Below are positions 23,502-31,654 of a stretch of DNA of 64,000 nt, in pieces. Source of the stretch: Mycolicibacterium sp. (GTDB lineage Bacteria; Actinomycetota; Actinomycetes; Mycobacteriales; Mycobacteriaceae); assembly GCF_017853185.1 (NCBI RefSeq), contig NZ_JAFMJZ010000001.1:7868-71867 (forward strand), given 5' to 3'. The position numbers were made by a program, and so were the translations under genes. The notes below the pieces were generated by a model. The model saw only the letters and a list, made by a program, of their open reading frames with translations. It had not been told where the DNA came from and did no database searches. The first letter of the stretch is position 1. Each line of letters begins with the position of its first letter.

Positions 23502-24470
23502 CTAGCTGGAGACCAGGGTGTTCTTCGCAGCTTCCCGGGCCAGCAGGCGGTCGCGCTGCTCCTCGAACTTCGACACCTGGCCGTCGAGCTTGGTGAGGTA
23601 GTCCGCCAACTGGTCGCGGCGCTGCTCGCCGACCGAGGTGAAGTCATTGCGCTCGAAGATCTGCCACTTCCGCAGATTCGGCAGCACGACCTCGTCGCGG
23701 TGCTGCTGCGGGTCGTAGATGCCGTGCTTGGCCATCAGCACACCGTTGCGCCGGAAGTTGGGCATGCCCTGGCCGGGCATCCGGAAGTGCTCCACCACAT
23801 CGCAGATGGCCTCAAGAGCCTGATCCGGTGCGACGTCCAGGGCCGCACCGCACACGTCCCGGTAGAAGATCATGTGCAGGTTCTCGTCAGCGGCCACGCG
23901 TTGGAGCATCCGCTCCGCGATGGGTTCGGCGCACGCCTTGCCGGTGTTGCGGTGGCTCACCCGGGTCGCCAGTTCCTGGAACGACACGTAGGCGACCGAC
24001 AACAGGAAGTCGGTCTTGTGCCGCTCCTCCTCCTCGGGCGTCTGATCGAATCCGTGGGTCATGTGTGCCATCCGGGCGCGTTCCAACTCGACCGGATCGA
24101 CCGCGCGGGTGACCACGAGGTAGTCGCGCAGCACGATGCTGTGCCGGGCCTCCTCGGCGGTCCACCGGCCGACCCAATGGCCCCATGCCCCGTCCTTGGA
24201 GAAGTACGCCGCCGCCTGGCGGTGGTAGGACGGCAGGTTGTCCTCGGTGAGCAGGTTGGTGATCATCGCCGCCTTGGCGACCTCACCGAGTTGCGACTGC
24301 TCCGGGGACCAGTCGTCGCCACCCATCGCGGCGAAGTTGCGGCCGTCGTCCCACGGCACGTAATCGTGCGGATGCCATTCAACGGACGCCGCCAGGTGGC
24401 GGTTGAGATACTCTTCGGCGGTCTGCTCGAGTTCCTTGAGCAATTCGACATCGGTAAAGCGGCGCGCCAT
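23502..24470 (-). CDS. desA: acyl-ACP desaturase (DesA1/DesA2-like di-iron)
   Basis: TEDNLPSYH...WTAEEARH...FQELATRVSH...DENLHMIFY carries the two ExxH di-iron motifs. Confidence 0.9.
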   Translation of the reverse strand: MARRFTDVELLKELEQTAEEYLNRHLAASVEWHPHDYVPWDDGRNFAAMGGDDWSPEQSQLGEVAKAAMITNLLTEDNLPSYHRQAAAYFSKDGAWGHWVGRWTAEEARHSIVLRDYLVVTRAVDPVELERARMAHMTHGFDQTPEEEERHKTDFLLSVAYVSFQELATRVSHRNTGKACAEPIAERMLQRVAADENLHMIFYRDVCGAALDVAPDQALEAICDVVEHFRMPGQGMPNFRRNGVLMAKHGIYDPQQHRDEVVLPNLRKWQIFERNDFTSVGEQRRDQLADYLTKLDGQVSKFEEQRDRLLAREAAKNTLVSS

Positions 24471-24576
24471 GGTTTCCCTCTCGGCAACGCGTCTCTCGCG
24501 GCACCAGCTAGAACGGCCCTAAGCTTACCCTTTGGGCGGCGACGCCGGGATTCGCGACTATCCTCACCTTGATCAT

Positions 24577-24602
24577 TTCTCGCTGCGACGACTTCTCGCT
24601 GC
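24577..24602. repeat. direct repeat ttctcgctgc x2 (16-nt period) in divergent promoter
   Basis: Copies at 24577-24586 and 24593-24602, just upstream of the dehydratase ATG. Confidence 0.6.
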
Positions 24603-24620
24603 CAACGGCTGGGCGGATTC

Positions 24621-25646
24621 ATGACCGAAGCAACATCAGACGCACCGGCACTCGAGGCCAGGGTCGGCCACTGGTACCAGATGGACGGCACCTACCTCGT
24701 CGGCCGCGAGAAGGTGCGTGAATACGCCCGTGCAGTCCAGGACTACAACCCGGTGCACTGGGACGTCGACGCCGCCGCCGAGCTCGGCTATTCGGGTCTG
24801 GTGGCGCCGCTCACCTTCACCTCGACCCCGGGCATGTCCTGCAACCGGGAGATGTTCGAGTCGGTGGTCGTCGGCTACGACACCTACCTGCAGACCGAAG
24901 AGGTCTTCGAGCAGCACCGCCCGATCGTGGCCGGCGACGAGTTGCGGATCGACGTCGAACTGACCTCGGTGCGCCGGACCGCCGGCCGCGATTTCATCAC
25001 GGTGACCAATACCTTCACCGACGCCGCCGGGGAACGGGTGCACACCCTGCACACCACCGTCGTCGGCGTCACCTCCGATGACATCAATCCGGAAGTCAAA
25101 GTGGCCGTGCAGAAGGCGATGATGCACGACGTCGACATCATGGGAGTCGGCAATCATCACTACGAGAAGGCGGTGCGCCCCGACGGTGACTTCCGCCTCG
25201 CCGACGACAGCGCGCGCACGCCCGGCACAGTCTCCTTCGACGACTTGAAGGTCGGCGACGAACTGCCCGCCCACCACACCCGGCTGTCCCGCGGCGATCT
25301 GGTGAACTACGCCGGGGTGGCCGGTGACGCCAACCCGATCCACTGGGACGAGGCCATCGCCAAACTTGCCGGCCTGCCCGACGTGATAGCCCACGGAATG
25401 CTCACCATGGGCCTGGGCGCCGGATTCGTCTCGGACTGGACAGGTGATCCCGGCGCCGTCACCCGCTACGCGGTGCGGCTCTCCCAACCGGCGATCGTGC
25501 CGGCGATGGTGGGCGCGGACATCGAATTCAGCGGCAAGATCAAGTCGTTGAACCCCGAAACCCGAACCGGCGTCATCATCGTCGGCGCGAAGTCCGACGG
25601 GAAGAAGATCTTCGGCCTCGCGACACTGGATATCCGTTTCCGCTGA
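24621..25646 (+). CDS. fused HadA/HadB-like (3R)-hydroxyacyl dehydratase (double hotdog)
   Basis: The N-terminal half (EARVGHWYQ...YNPVHWD) is HadA/UPF0336-like. The C-terminal half (YAGVAGDANPIHWD...IAHGMLT) is MaoC/HadB-like. Confidence 0.8.
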   Translation: MTEATSDAPALEARVGHWYQMDGTYLVGREKVREYARAVQDYNPVHWDVDAAAELGYSGLVAPLTFTSTPGMSCNREMFESVVVGYDTYLQTEEVFEQHRPIVAGDELRIDVELTSVRRTAGRDFITVTNTFTDAAGERVHTLHTTVVGVTSDDINPEVKVAVQKAMMHDVDIMGVGNHHYEKAVRPDGDFRLADDSARTPGTVSFDDLKVGDELPAHHTRLSRGDLVNYAGVAGDANPIHWDEAIAKLAGLPDVIAHGMLTMGLGAGFVSDWTGDPGAVTRYAVRLSQPAIVPAMVGADIEFSGKIKSLNPETRTGVIIVGAKSDGKKIFGLATLDIRFR

Positions 25647-25734
25647 TTGCTGACCGAGCGTTGAGCAAACACTCGGTTGGTGCCATGCTGAGGGTGACGA
25701 AGGTTCGCAGCTAACCCGGTGTGGAGGTGCAGGA

Positions 25735-27384
25735 ATGAATTCGAGCCAGCACCCCCATTCGCTGAATCTCTTTGCGCCCCATCCTCACCTGCCGCATTTC
25801 CACCTGCCGCACCCACACCTGCCGCACCCGCCGCACCTACCGCACCCGCATTGGCATCATCCCGGGACTACGACCGCCGGGGCACACGTGGGAAGAATCG
25901 GCACCCTCGCCGTCGCTATGGGGGTGGGCACGGCGGCCGGCGCAGGGTTCTGCGCTGCCTGCGCCTACGCCGACACCGGGAATTCGACTACCGCCTCAGC
26001 GGGGCCCGCAGCGCCGACGACCTCTCAGTCGGCGGGGCCGGTCCGCACCGCCGGGTCGGCCAAGGTCGCCACGAGCCAGGCAGGCGCCACGGCGCGTGGG
26101 GCGACGGCCCGCCGCATCGCCGTGCAGGAAACGGATCAGACCGTCGCGGTGGCCCTGCCGGGCAAACTGGCGTCATCAGCCGATGAGCTGACCGGCAACG
26201 CGCCGGCCGTGCCGACGGATGCCGCGATCGCCGGACTGCTGGCCGCGGCACGGCGGGAACCGATCACTCCGGTCCGCATGTCCTACAAATCCGGCGCCTC
26301 GATCATTTCGGCCGCCTCGCCGGTCACATCGGTGGAGGGCGAGAAGCTGGTGCTGACCTCCTCCGGCGGCGGGCGCGTTGTCACCGATCGCACCGCGTCG
26401 AGTGGGTCGGCCCTTGTCCTCACCTCCAGCACCACCGCGACGACCACGGTGCTGCTGCCGGACTCGACCGCTCTGGTGATCCGCGCGAAAGCCACCGTGA
26501 ACTCCGGGTCGCCGACGATGACGGTTTCACTCGACGGAGTCCCTATCACCACCGTCGTCGTCGCTTCGACGTCCTGGGCCGACTACACCCTGACCGGTGT
26601 GATCCCGGCGGGAGCACATGTGCTGAGCATCTCGTCGTCCAACTCGACCAACCGGCGCAGTCTCTACATCGACACGCTGCGGGTGAGCGCCGGTCCGTTA
26701 CTCGAGGACTTCACCGGAAACTCGGGGTCGGCTCCGAACACTGCGAGCTGGTCGATCAAGACCGGCACCGGGTGGGACCCCGGCCTGGAGAACTACCGGG
26801 CCGGCAACGTCTCCCTGGACGGCGCGGGCAACCTGATCCTCAAGGCCACCCGCAGCAAGAGCGGCTACTCGTCCGGGTGGGTGGAGACCAAGAACAAGAT
26901 CAGTTTCGGCTACGGGACGATCACCGCGCGCATCAAAGTGCCCAGCGGACAAGGACTTTGGCCGGCCTTCTGGCTCAAGGGCGCCAATGAGGACACCGTG
27001 CCGTGGCCGCAGTCCGGCGAGGTCGACGTCCTGGAACTACCCAGTACGACCACCACCATCTATTCGACGCTGCACGGGCCGATCTCGGGAAGCACAGCCA
27101 CGCAGCAGGCCCAGATCATCAGCACGGTGCCGGATCTGTCGACCGGTTATCACAACTTCTGGGTCCGCCACCTGCCCAACGAGATCACCTTCGGTGTCGA
27201 CGATCAGACCCTGGGAACGCTCACACCGGCGTCGCTGGCCCCCGATTCGCAGTGGGTGTACGACCAGCCCATGTTCGCGATCCTCAACCTGGCGGTCGGC
27301 GGCCCCTGGGCCGGAGCCCCGGACTCCTCCACCGTATTCCCGGCATCGATGACCGTCGACTGGGTGCGCTGGGACCCGCCGTAA
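25735..27384 (+). CDS. secreted GH16 beta-glucanase with CBM-like middle domain and His/Pro-rich N-terminal extension
   Basis: GGAGG lies 7 nt upstream of ATG 25735. WPAFWL...GEVDVLE is the GH16 catalytic motif. HVGRIGTLAVAMGVGTAAG is signal-like. An alternative start exists at GTG 25888. Confidence 0.8.
   Translation: MNSSQHPHSLNLFAPHPHLPHFHLPHPHLPHPPHLPHPHWHHPGTTTAGAHVGRIGTLAVAMGVGTAAGAGFCAACAYADTGNSTTASAGPAAPTTSQSAGPVRTAGSAKVATSQAGATARGATARRIAVQETDQTVAVALPGKLASSADELTGNAPAVPTDAAIAGLLAAARREPITPVRMSYKSGASIISAASPVTSVEGEKLVLTSSGGGRVVTDRTASSGSALVLTSSTTATTTVLLPDSTALVIRAKATVNSGSPTMTVSLDGVPITTVVVASTSWADYTLTGVIPAGAHVLSISSSNSTNRRSLYIDTLRVSAGPLLEDFTGNSGSAPNTASWSIKTGTGWDPGLENYRAGNVSLDGAGNLILKATRSKSGYSSGWVETKNKISFGYGTITARIKVPSGQGLWPAFWLKGANEDTVPWPQSGEVDVLELPSTTTTIYSTLHGPISGSTATQQAQIISTVPDLSTGYHNFWVRHLPNEITFGVDDQTLGTLTPASLAPDSQWVYDQPMFAILNLAVGGPWAGAPDSSTVFPASMTVDWVRWDPP
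25786..25844 (+). repeat. imperfect 15-nt tandem repeat cacctgccgca(n4)
   Basis: Copies start at 25786, 25801 and 25816, with a variant cacctaccgca at 25834. Together they encode HLPH(F/P)-type units. Confidence 0.85.
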
Positions 27385-27387
27385 AAC

Positions 27388-28083
27388 ATGTCCACGGTCA
27401 CTGACAGCACGGAGGCCGCGGCCGGCGGCCGACGGAAACACATTCTGCGACTCGCCCTGTTCGCCGCGTTCCTGTTCGCGATGTTCTATCTCGTCGCGGT
27501 CAAGCACGTGATCGACATCGAAGCGGTCCGTGCGGCGATCACCCGGACCGGTCCGCTGGCCCCCCTGGTCTACATCCCGATGTCGGCGATCCTGGCCTCG
27601 GTCTTCGTCCCCGGACCGCTGCTGGCGGCCGGCAGCGGACTGCTGTTCGGACCGGTGCTCGGAACGGCGGTGACCTTGTGTTCCGCGGCGCTGACGGCGA
27701 CTATCGCCGCCTTCTTCGGCAGGCGGGCCGGCCGGGACAGCGCGCGGGCACTGGTCGGCGCGGAGTGGGCCGAACGGATCGACTCGCAGATCCGGCGGCG
27801 GGGTCTGTGGGCGGTCGTCGGCCAACGGTTCGTACCGGGCGTCTCCGATGCGCTGGCCTCCTACGTATTCGGCGCGTTCGGAATGCCGTTGTGGCAGATG
27901 GCGATCGGAGCCTTCATCGGATCGGCGCCGCGCGCGTTCGTCTACACCGCGCTGGGGGCGTCGATCTCAGATCTGCACTCGCCGTTGGCCTTCGCGGCGG
28001 TCGGGGTCTGGTGCGTCACCGCGATCATCGGGGCGCTCGCCGCGCACCGCGGTTACCGGAGTTGGCGCGCCGGGCGCCGTTGA
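27388..28083 (+). CDS. TVP38/TMEM64 (DedA-related) family membrane protein
   Basis: Polytopic membrane protein. PLAPLVYI...PGPLLAAGSGLLFGP...QRFVPGVS is typical of the family. Confidence 0.8.
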   Translation: MSTVTDSTEAAAGGRRKHILRLALFAAFLFAMFYLVAVKHVIDIEAVRAAITRTGPLAPLVYIPMSAILASVFVPGPLLAAGSGLLFGPVLGTAVTLCSAALTATIAAFFGRRAGRDSARALVGAEWAERIDSQIRRRGLWAVVGQRFVPGVSDALASYVFGAFGMPLWQMAIGAFIGSAPRAFVYTALGASISDLHSPLAFAAVGVWCVTAIIGALAAHRGYRSWRAGRR

Positions 28084-28175
28084 CGGCGTCCACCGATCGG
28101 AGGACAGGGCGATCAGCCGGTTCGGGGCCCGACCGGCGGACGCTGCGGGACGCCGGAGCGACCGAGACTGAAATC

Positions 28176-28478
28176 ATGAAAACGATCACCATCATCACCG
28201 AGCAGATGTCCGACAAGTCCCTGACCGCGATCCTGCCCGGCACCGGAATCGCCTCGGTCACCGTCACCGAGGGTCCCGCGGCCGGCCGAGACAGCGTCTC
28301 GACCGAGGAGTTCCGCGGGTTCTGCAACCCCAGGCGATTCAGCCCGAACTACCGCATCGACGTCGTCCTCGACGACGCAGCGGTGGGGACGCTGTTCGAC
28401 AGCATCGAGTACGCCTACGCGGGCGGCTTCTTCGGTGATGCCGAAGCGTGGGTCAACACCGCGGCACTGGCCGCCTGA
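28176..28478 (+). CDS. divergent PII-like (GlnB-fold) signal protein
   Basis: 100 aa. It aligns by eye to GlnB over its whole length: MKxIxxI, GIxxxTVTE, GR, RG, the strand YRIDVVLDD, and GGFFGDAEAWV versus TGKIGDGKIFV. Confidence 0.6.
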   Translation: MKTITIITEQMSDKSLTAILPGTGIASVTVTEGPAAGRDSVSTEEFRGFCNPRRFSPNYRIDVVLDDAAVGTLFDSIEYAYAGGFFGDAEAWVNTAALAA

Positions 28479-28543
28479 GGGTCGCTCGTCGCTCGCTCCG
28501 GAAACTCGCTTGACGCGCAACACCCTGTGCAATTATCGGCATT

Positions 28544-29656
28544 GTGCCGGTTACCGGATCGCGATCGACTCGGGCGTCAGCGCTGGCGGCCATCGTCTGC
28601 GCGACGCTGTTCGCCGGCGTTCCCGTCGCATCGGCTTCGGCGCAGACCCGGATCACCATCGGGGGCGCGGGGCCGCTGTACTACCCGAACATCCTCACCA
28701 ATCTGCCGTTGGGACGGTTCTACCTGTGGGGCACCGACGAAGCCGGTGGCCCGCCCATCTCCATCCTCGAGGGGTACGACCTGCTCAACCACATGATCGG
28801 GGAGAACTGGTTCCCCGACAGTTCGCCGCAGGTGGTGAACTACCCGGCCAGCATCGGTCTGATCAGCGGCAGCCTGGCCGCACCGGGCGCCAATCAGGCT
28901 GTGGCCATGGGGCGCATCTCACTCGACGACCAGATCCGCAATGCGAGTGCCGGTGGCGAACACGTGGTGATCGCTGCACTCTCCGAGGGAACGCTGGTCA
29001 TCAACAGCGAATTGGCCCATCTGGCAACCAGTCCCGACGCACCGCGATCCGACCAGCTCTCGTTCGCCATGTTCGCGAGTCCGGAATTGGGGCTGGCCGA
29101 CATCTACCTGCCGACAGGCTTGACCGTCCCCATCGTCGGCTACACCGTGCGTGGTCTGGCCGACAGCCAATACGACGTCTCGATCGTGTTCCACCAGTAC
29201 GACGCCTGGGCTGATCCGCCCGACCGGCCGTGGAATCTGCTGGCGGATCTGAACGCCCTCATGGGGACTCTTTACTTCCACAACAACTCAGCGTTGGCCT
29301 CGCCATCCGAGACTGTCACGGTCTCCGAGGTGACCAATGCCCTGGGCGGAACCGTGACCACCTCCATGATCCCGTCGCCGACGCTGCCACTTCTGGAGCC
29401 GCTACGACAGCTCGGCTTCCCCACCCAAACCGTCGACTGGCTGAACTCGACGCTCAAACCCGTTGTGGACGCGGGCTATTCGCGACTGACCCCGGATGCC
29501 GGCCCGTACTTCTCGCATGGGCGACTGGTCTGCGGGTCATCGGCGACCACCATCCCGGCGGCGTCGCGGGCGACGCTGCGAAAGCCATCGCGCAGGGGCG
29601 CTCAGGCCTCCCAGCCGGCCGCGCCGGCGGTGGCCGGCGGGGCGTCGTCGAGATAG
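28544..29656 (+). CDS. secreted PE-PPE-domain (alpha/beta hydrolase-like) protein
   Basis: GTG start. Signal ALAAIVCATLFAGVPVASASA. YPASIG...VIAALSEGT nucleophile-elbow-like motif...QYDAWADPPDRP is typical of the PE-PPE C-terminal domain. The last ~18 codons overlap the convergent gene. Confidence 0.65.
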   Translation: MPVTGSRSTRASALAAIVCATLFAGVPVASASAQTRITIGGAGPLYYPNILTNLPLGRFYLWGTDEAGGPPISILEGYDLLNHMIGENWFPDSSPQVVNYPASIGLISGSLAAPGANQAVAMGRISLDDQIRNASAGGEHVVIAALSEGTLVINSELAHLATSPDAPRSDQLSFAMFASPELGLADIYLPTGLTVPIVGYTVRGLADSQYDVSIVFHQYDAWADPPDRPWNLLADLNALMGTLYFHNNSALASPSETVTVSEVTNALGGTVTTSMIPSPTLPLLEPLRQLGFPTQTVDWLNSTLKPVVDAGYSRLTPDAGPYFSHGRLVCGSSATTIPAASRATLRKPSRRGAQASQPAAPAVAGGASSR

Positions 29657-30897
29657 ACGTCGCTGCGCGCGTCGATCTCCTGCTCGAGGTAGGGCGGAAT
29701 GCTGAGCTTGCCGCGCAGGAGTTCCGGGGTCAGCCAGCGATGCTCGCCGGAGATCTCACCGGCCAGGCCCGCGATGGTGGCGACATCGAGGCGGCTGAGC
29801 AGATCCTGCTTGGAGGCGATGACGAAGCCCAGGTCCCGGCCGTAGCAGGGGGCGTCGACCGCGTACGGGATCACCGACGGGAACACCGCCCGCATCGTGC
29901 GAATGACCTTGGCGTGCAACGCGACTTCGATCGGGGATGCCGGCCCCGCCTGGACGGCGACCACGCCGTTCGGACGCAAAACCCGCGAGATCTCGGTGAA
30001 GTATTCGACGGTGAAGCAGAACGTCGACGGTCCGCCCTCCACCGGGTCGGTCATGTCGGAGACGATGATGTCGAGGCTTGCGTCGGGCAGCGAGCGCAGG
30101 AATCCCACGGCATCGTCGTGGACCAGCGTCACCCGCGGGTCGTCGAATGCTCCCTTGTGATGGGCCGGCAGGAACTCGCGGCAGGCGGCGACGACCTCCG
30201 CGTCGATGTCGACCATCGTCACGCGCTCCAGCGAGCGCCAGCGCAGCGCCTCGCGCAGGCATGCGCCTTCGCCCCCGCCGAGGATCAGCGCATCGCGCAA
30301 AGGCGCCGCGGCGGCCGCGGCATAACAGGCCGGATGGACGATTCCCTCGTGATAGATGAACTCGTCGGCCTCGGTGCTCTGCACCACACCGTCGAGGACG
30401 AGCATCCGGCCCCAGGCCTCGGAGCGGCCGATGAGGTAGTCCTGGAATTCGCTCGTCCCGCTGGTGTAGACCTCGGCGAGGTCATGTTCGTAACGGTCTG
30501 CCGGGGTGATGAACTCGGCGAACCGGAAGGCCGGTTCGTCGGGCCCGCCGGGGACGACGCGTGGCACGGTGGCGCGCCGCACGTTGGTGGGAGCCAACCC
30601 CTCGATGATCAGGTCGACCAGCCGTTCGGGGTCGGCGGCGCCACAGGTGTACGCGTCCAGGGTTGCCCCGCCCCATTCCGGCCAGGTGTGGATCGACACA
30701 TGCGACTCCGCCAGCACGACGACGGCGGTGGCACCCTGCGGCATGAAGGAATGGTGGTGGCGGGAGAGGACCGTCGCACCGACCGCCTCGGCGGACCGTA
30801 CGAGAAGCTCTTCAAGGCCGACACTGTCATCCAGCAACGGCGACGTGGAGCCGCTGATATCAGCCAGGACGTGGCTGCCGACAGTTCGCGAGGTCAC
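29602..30897 (-). CDS. fused S-adenosylmethionine decarboxylase (pyruvoyl, SpeH/SpeD class 1) and spermidine synthase-like aminopropyltransferase
   Basis: The N-terminal ~113 aa carry the VLAESHVSIHTWPE self-processing motif. The C-terminal part has LVLDGVVQSTEADEFIYHE, ILGGGEGA, MVDID and DMTDP SpeE motifs. Confidence 0.8.
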   Translation of the reverse strand: MTSRTVGSHVLADISGSTSPLLDDSVGLEELLVRSAEAVGATVLSRHHHSFMPQGATAVVVLAESHVSIHTWPEWGGATLDAYTCGAADPERLVDLIIEGLAPTNVRRATVPRVVPGGPDEPAFRFAEFITPADRYEHDLAEVYTSGTSEFQDYLIGRSEAWGRMLVLDGVVQSTEADEFIYHEGIVHPACYAAAAAAPLRDALILGGGEGACLREALRWRSLERVTMVDIDAEVVAACREFLPAHHKGAFDDPRVTLVHDDAVGFLRSLPDASLDIIVSDMTDPVEGGPSTFCFTVEYFTEISRVLRPNGVVAVQAGPASPIEVALHAKVIRTMRAVFPSVIPYAVDAPCYGRDLGFVIASKQDLLSRLDVATIAGLAGEISGEHRWLTPELLRGKLSIPPYLEQEIDARSDVYLDDAPPATAGAAGWEA

Positions 30898-30968
30898 GAG
30901 AGCAGGACATTAGCACCCGTCGGCGAACACTCCGCCTCCTCGAAGGTGATGCGGCGATACTGAAGCTC

Positions 30969-31643
30969 ATGGCCGTCGCCTCACCCGTGTCCGAACGACT
31001 GACAGTCGCCGGGTTGCTGCTGCTGACCTTCGCCACCGGACTGGTGGACGCCATCAGTGTTCTGGTGCTGGGGCATGTGTTCGTCGCCAACATGACCGGC
31101 AACGTGATCTTCCTCGGCTTCTGGTTCGTCCCGAATTCCGGCGTCGATCTCACCGCGGCCGCCGTCGCGTTCGTCGGCTTCGTGCTCGGCGCGATCATCG
31201 GCGGCCGGTTCGTCCGGCATCTGAGTCACCAGGTACGGCGGTGGCTCACCGTCGCACTCGGCGCCGAGGTGGTGGCGCTGCTCACGCTGTCCGCGCTCGC
31301 CGGAACAGGAGTGCTCGGCTATCACGGCAGCGGGCGGCTGATCCTGATCGTCTGCCTGGCGACGATCTTCGGCTCCCAATCCGTGGCCGCCCGCCAGTTC
31401 GGCATTCCGGAACTGACCACCACGGTGCTGACCGCCACCATCGTCGGCATCGGGATGGACAGCCGGCTGGCCGGCGGCGCCGGCGAACGCGAGAAGTTGC
31501 GCTATGCGGTGGTGCTCAGCATGTGCAGCGGAGCGGTGGTCGGCGCGACGCTGTCCAGGCACGTTGTCGCCCCGGTCATCGCCCTGGCCGCGCTGACGGT
31601 GGCGGCAAGCTTGGCGATCTTCCGGTTCGGCCGGCCCGACTAA
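30969..31643 (+). CDS. YoaK/DUF1275-family membrane protein
   Basis: LLTFATGLVDAISVLVLGHVFVANMTGNVIFLG is typical of the family. Confidence 0.7.
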   Translation: MAVASPVSERLTVAGLLLLTFATGLVDAISVLVLGHVFVANMTGNVIFLGFWFVPNSGVDLTAAAVAFVGFVLGAIIGGRFVRHLSHQVRRWLTVALGAEVVALLTLSALAGTGVLGYHGSGRLILIVCLATIFGSQSVAARQFGIPELTTTVLTATIVGIGMDSRLAGGAGEREKLRYAVVLSMCSGAVVGATLSRHVVAPVIALAALTVAASLAIFRFGRPD

Positions 31644-31654
31644 CATCAACGGCG

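Noticed and set aside
25647-25734. Intrinsic terminator after the HadA/HadB-like gene (accgagcg...cactcggt).
   Set aside because: The stem is only 6-7 bp with a mismatch and a 9-nt loop, and no U tract follows. It is too weak to annotate.
25888-27384. Annotating the GH16 gene from GTG 25888 (MGRIGTLAVAMG...), by analogy with the GH78-like protein's short N-terminus.
   Set aside because: ATG 25735 has a canonical GGAGG with a 7-nt spacer, and the His/Pro region keeps GC-rich third positions, so the longer form is preferred. It is kept as an explicit alternative in the finding.
28479-28543. Promoter for the PE-PPE gene, suggested by the TTGACG hexamer (cttgacgcgcaacaccctgtgcaattatcgg).
   Set aside because: No TANNNT-type -10 hexamer lies at a sensible spacing (the candidates TTATCG and ATTATC do not fit), so I did not annotate it.
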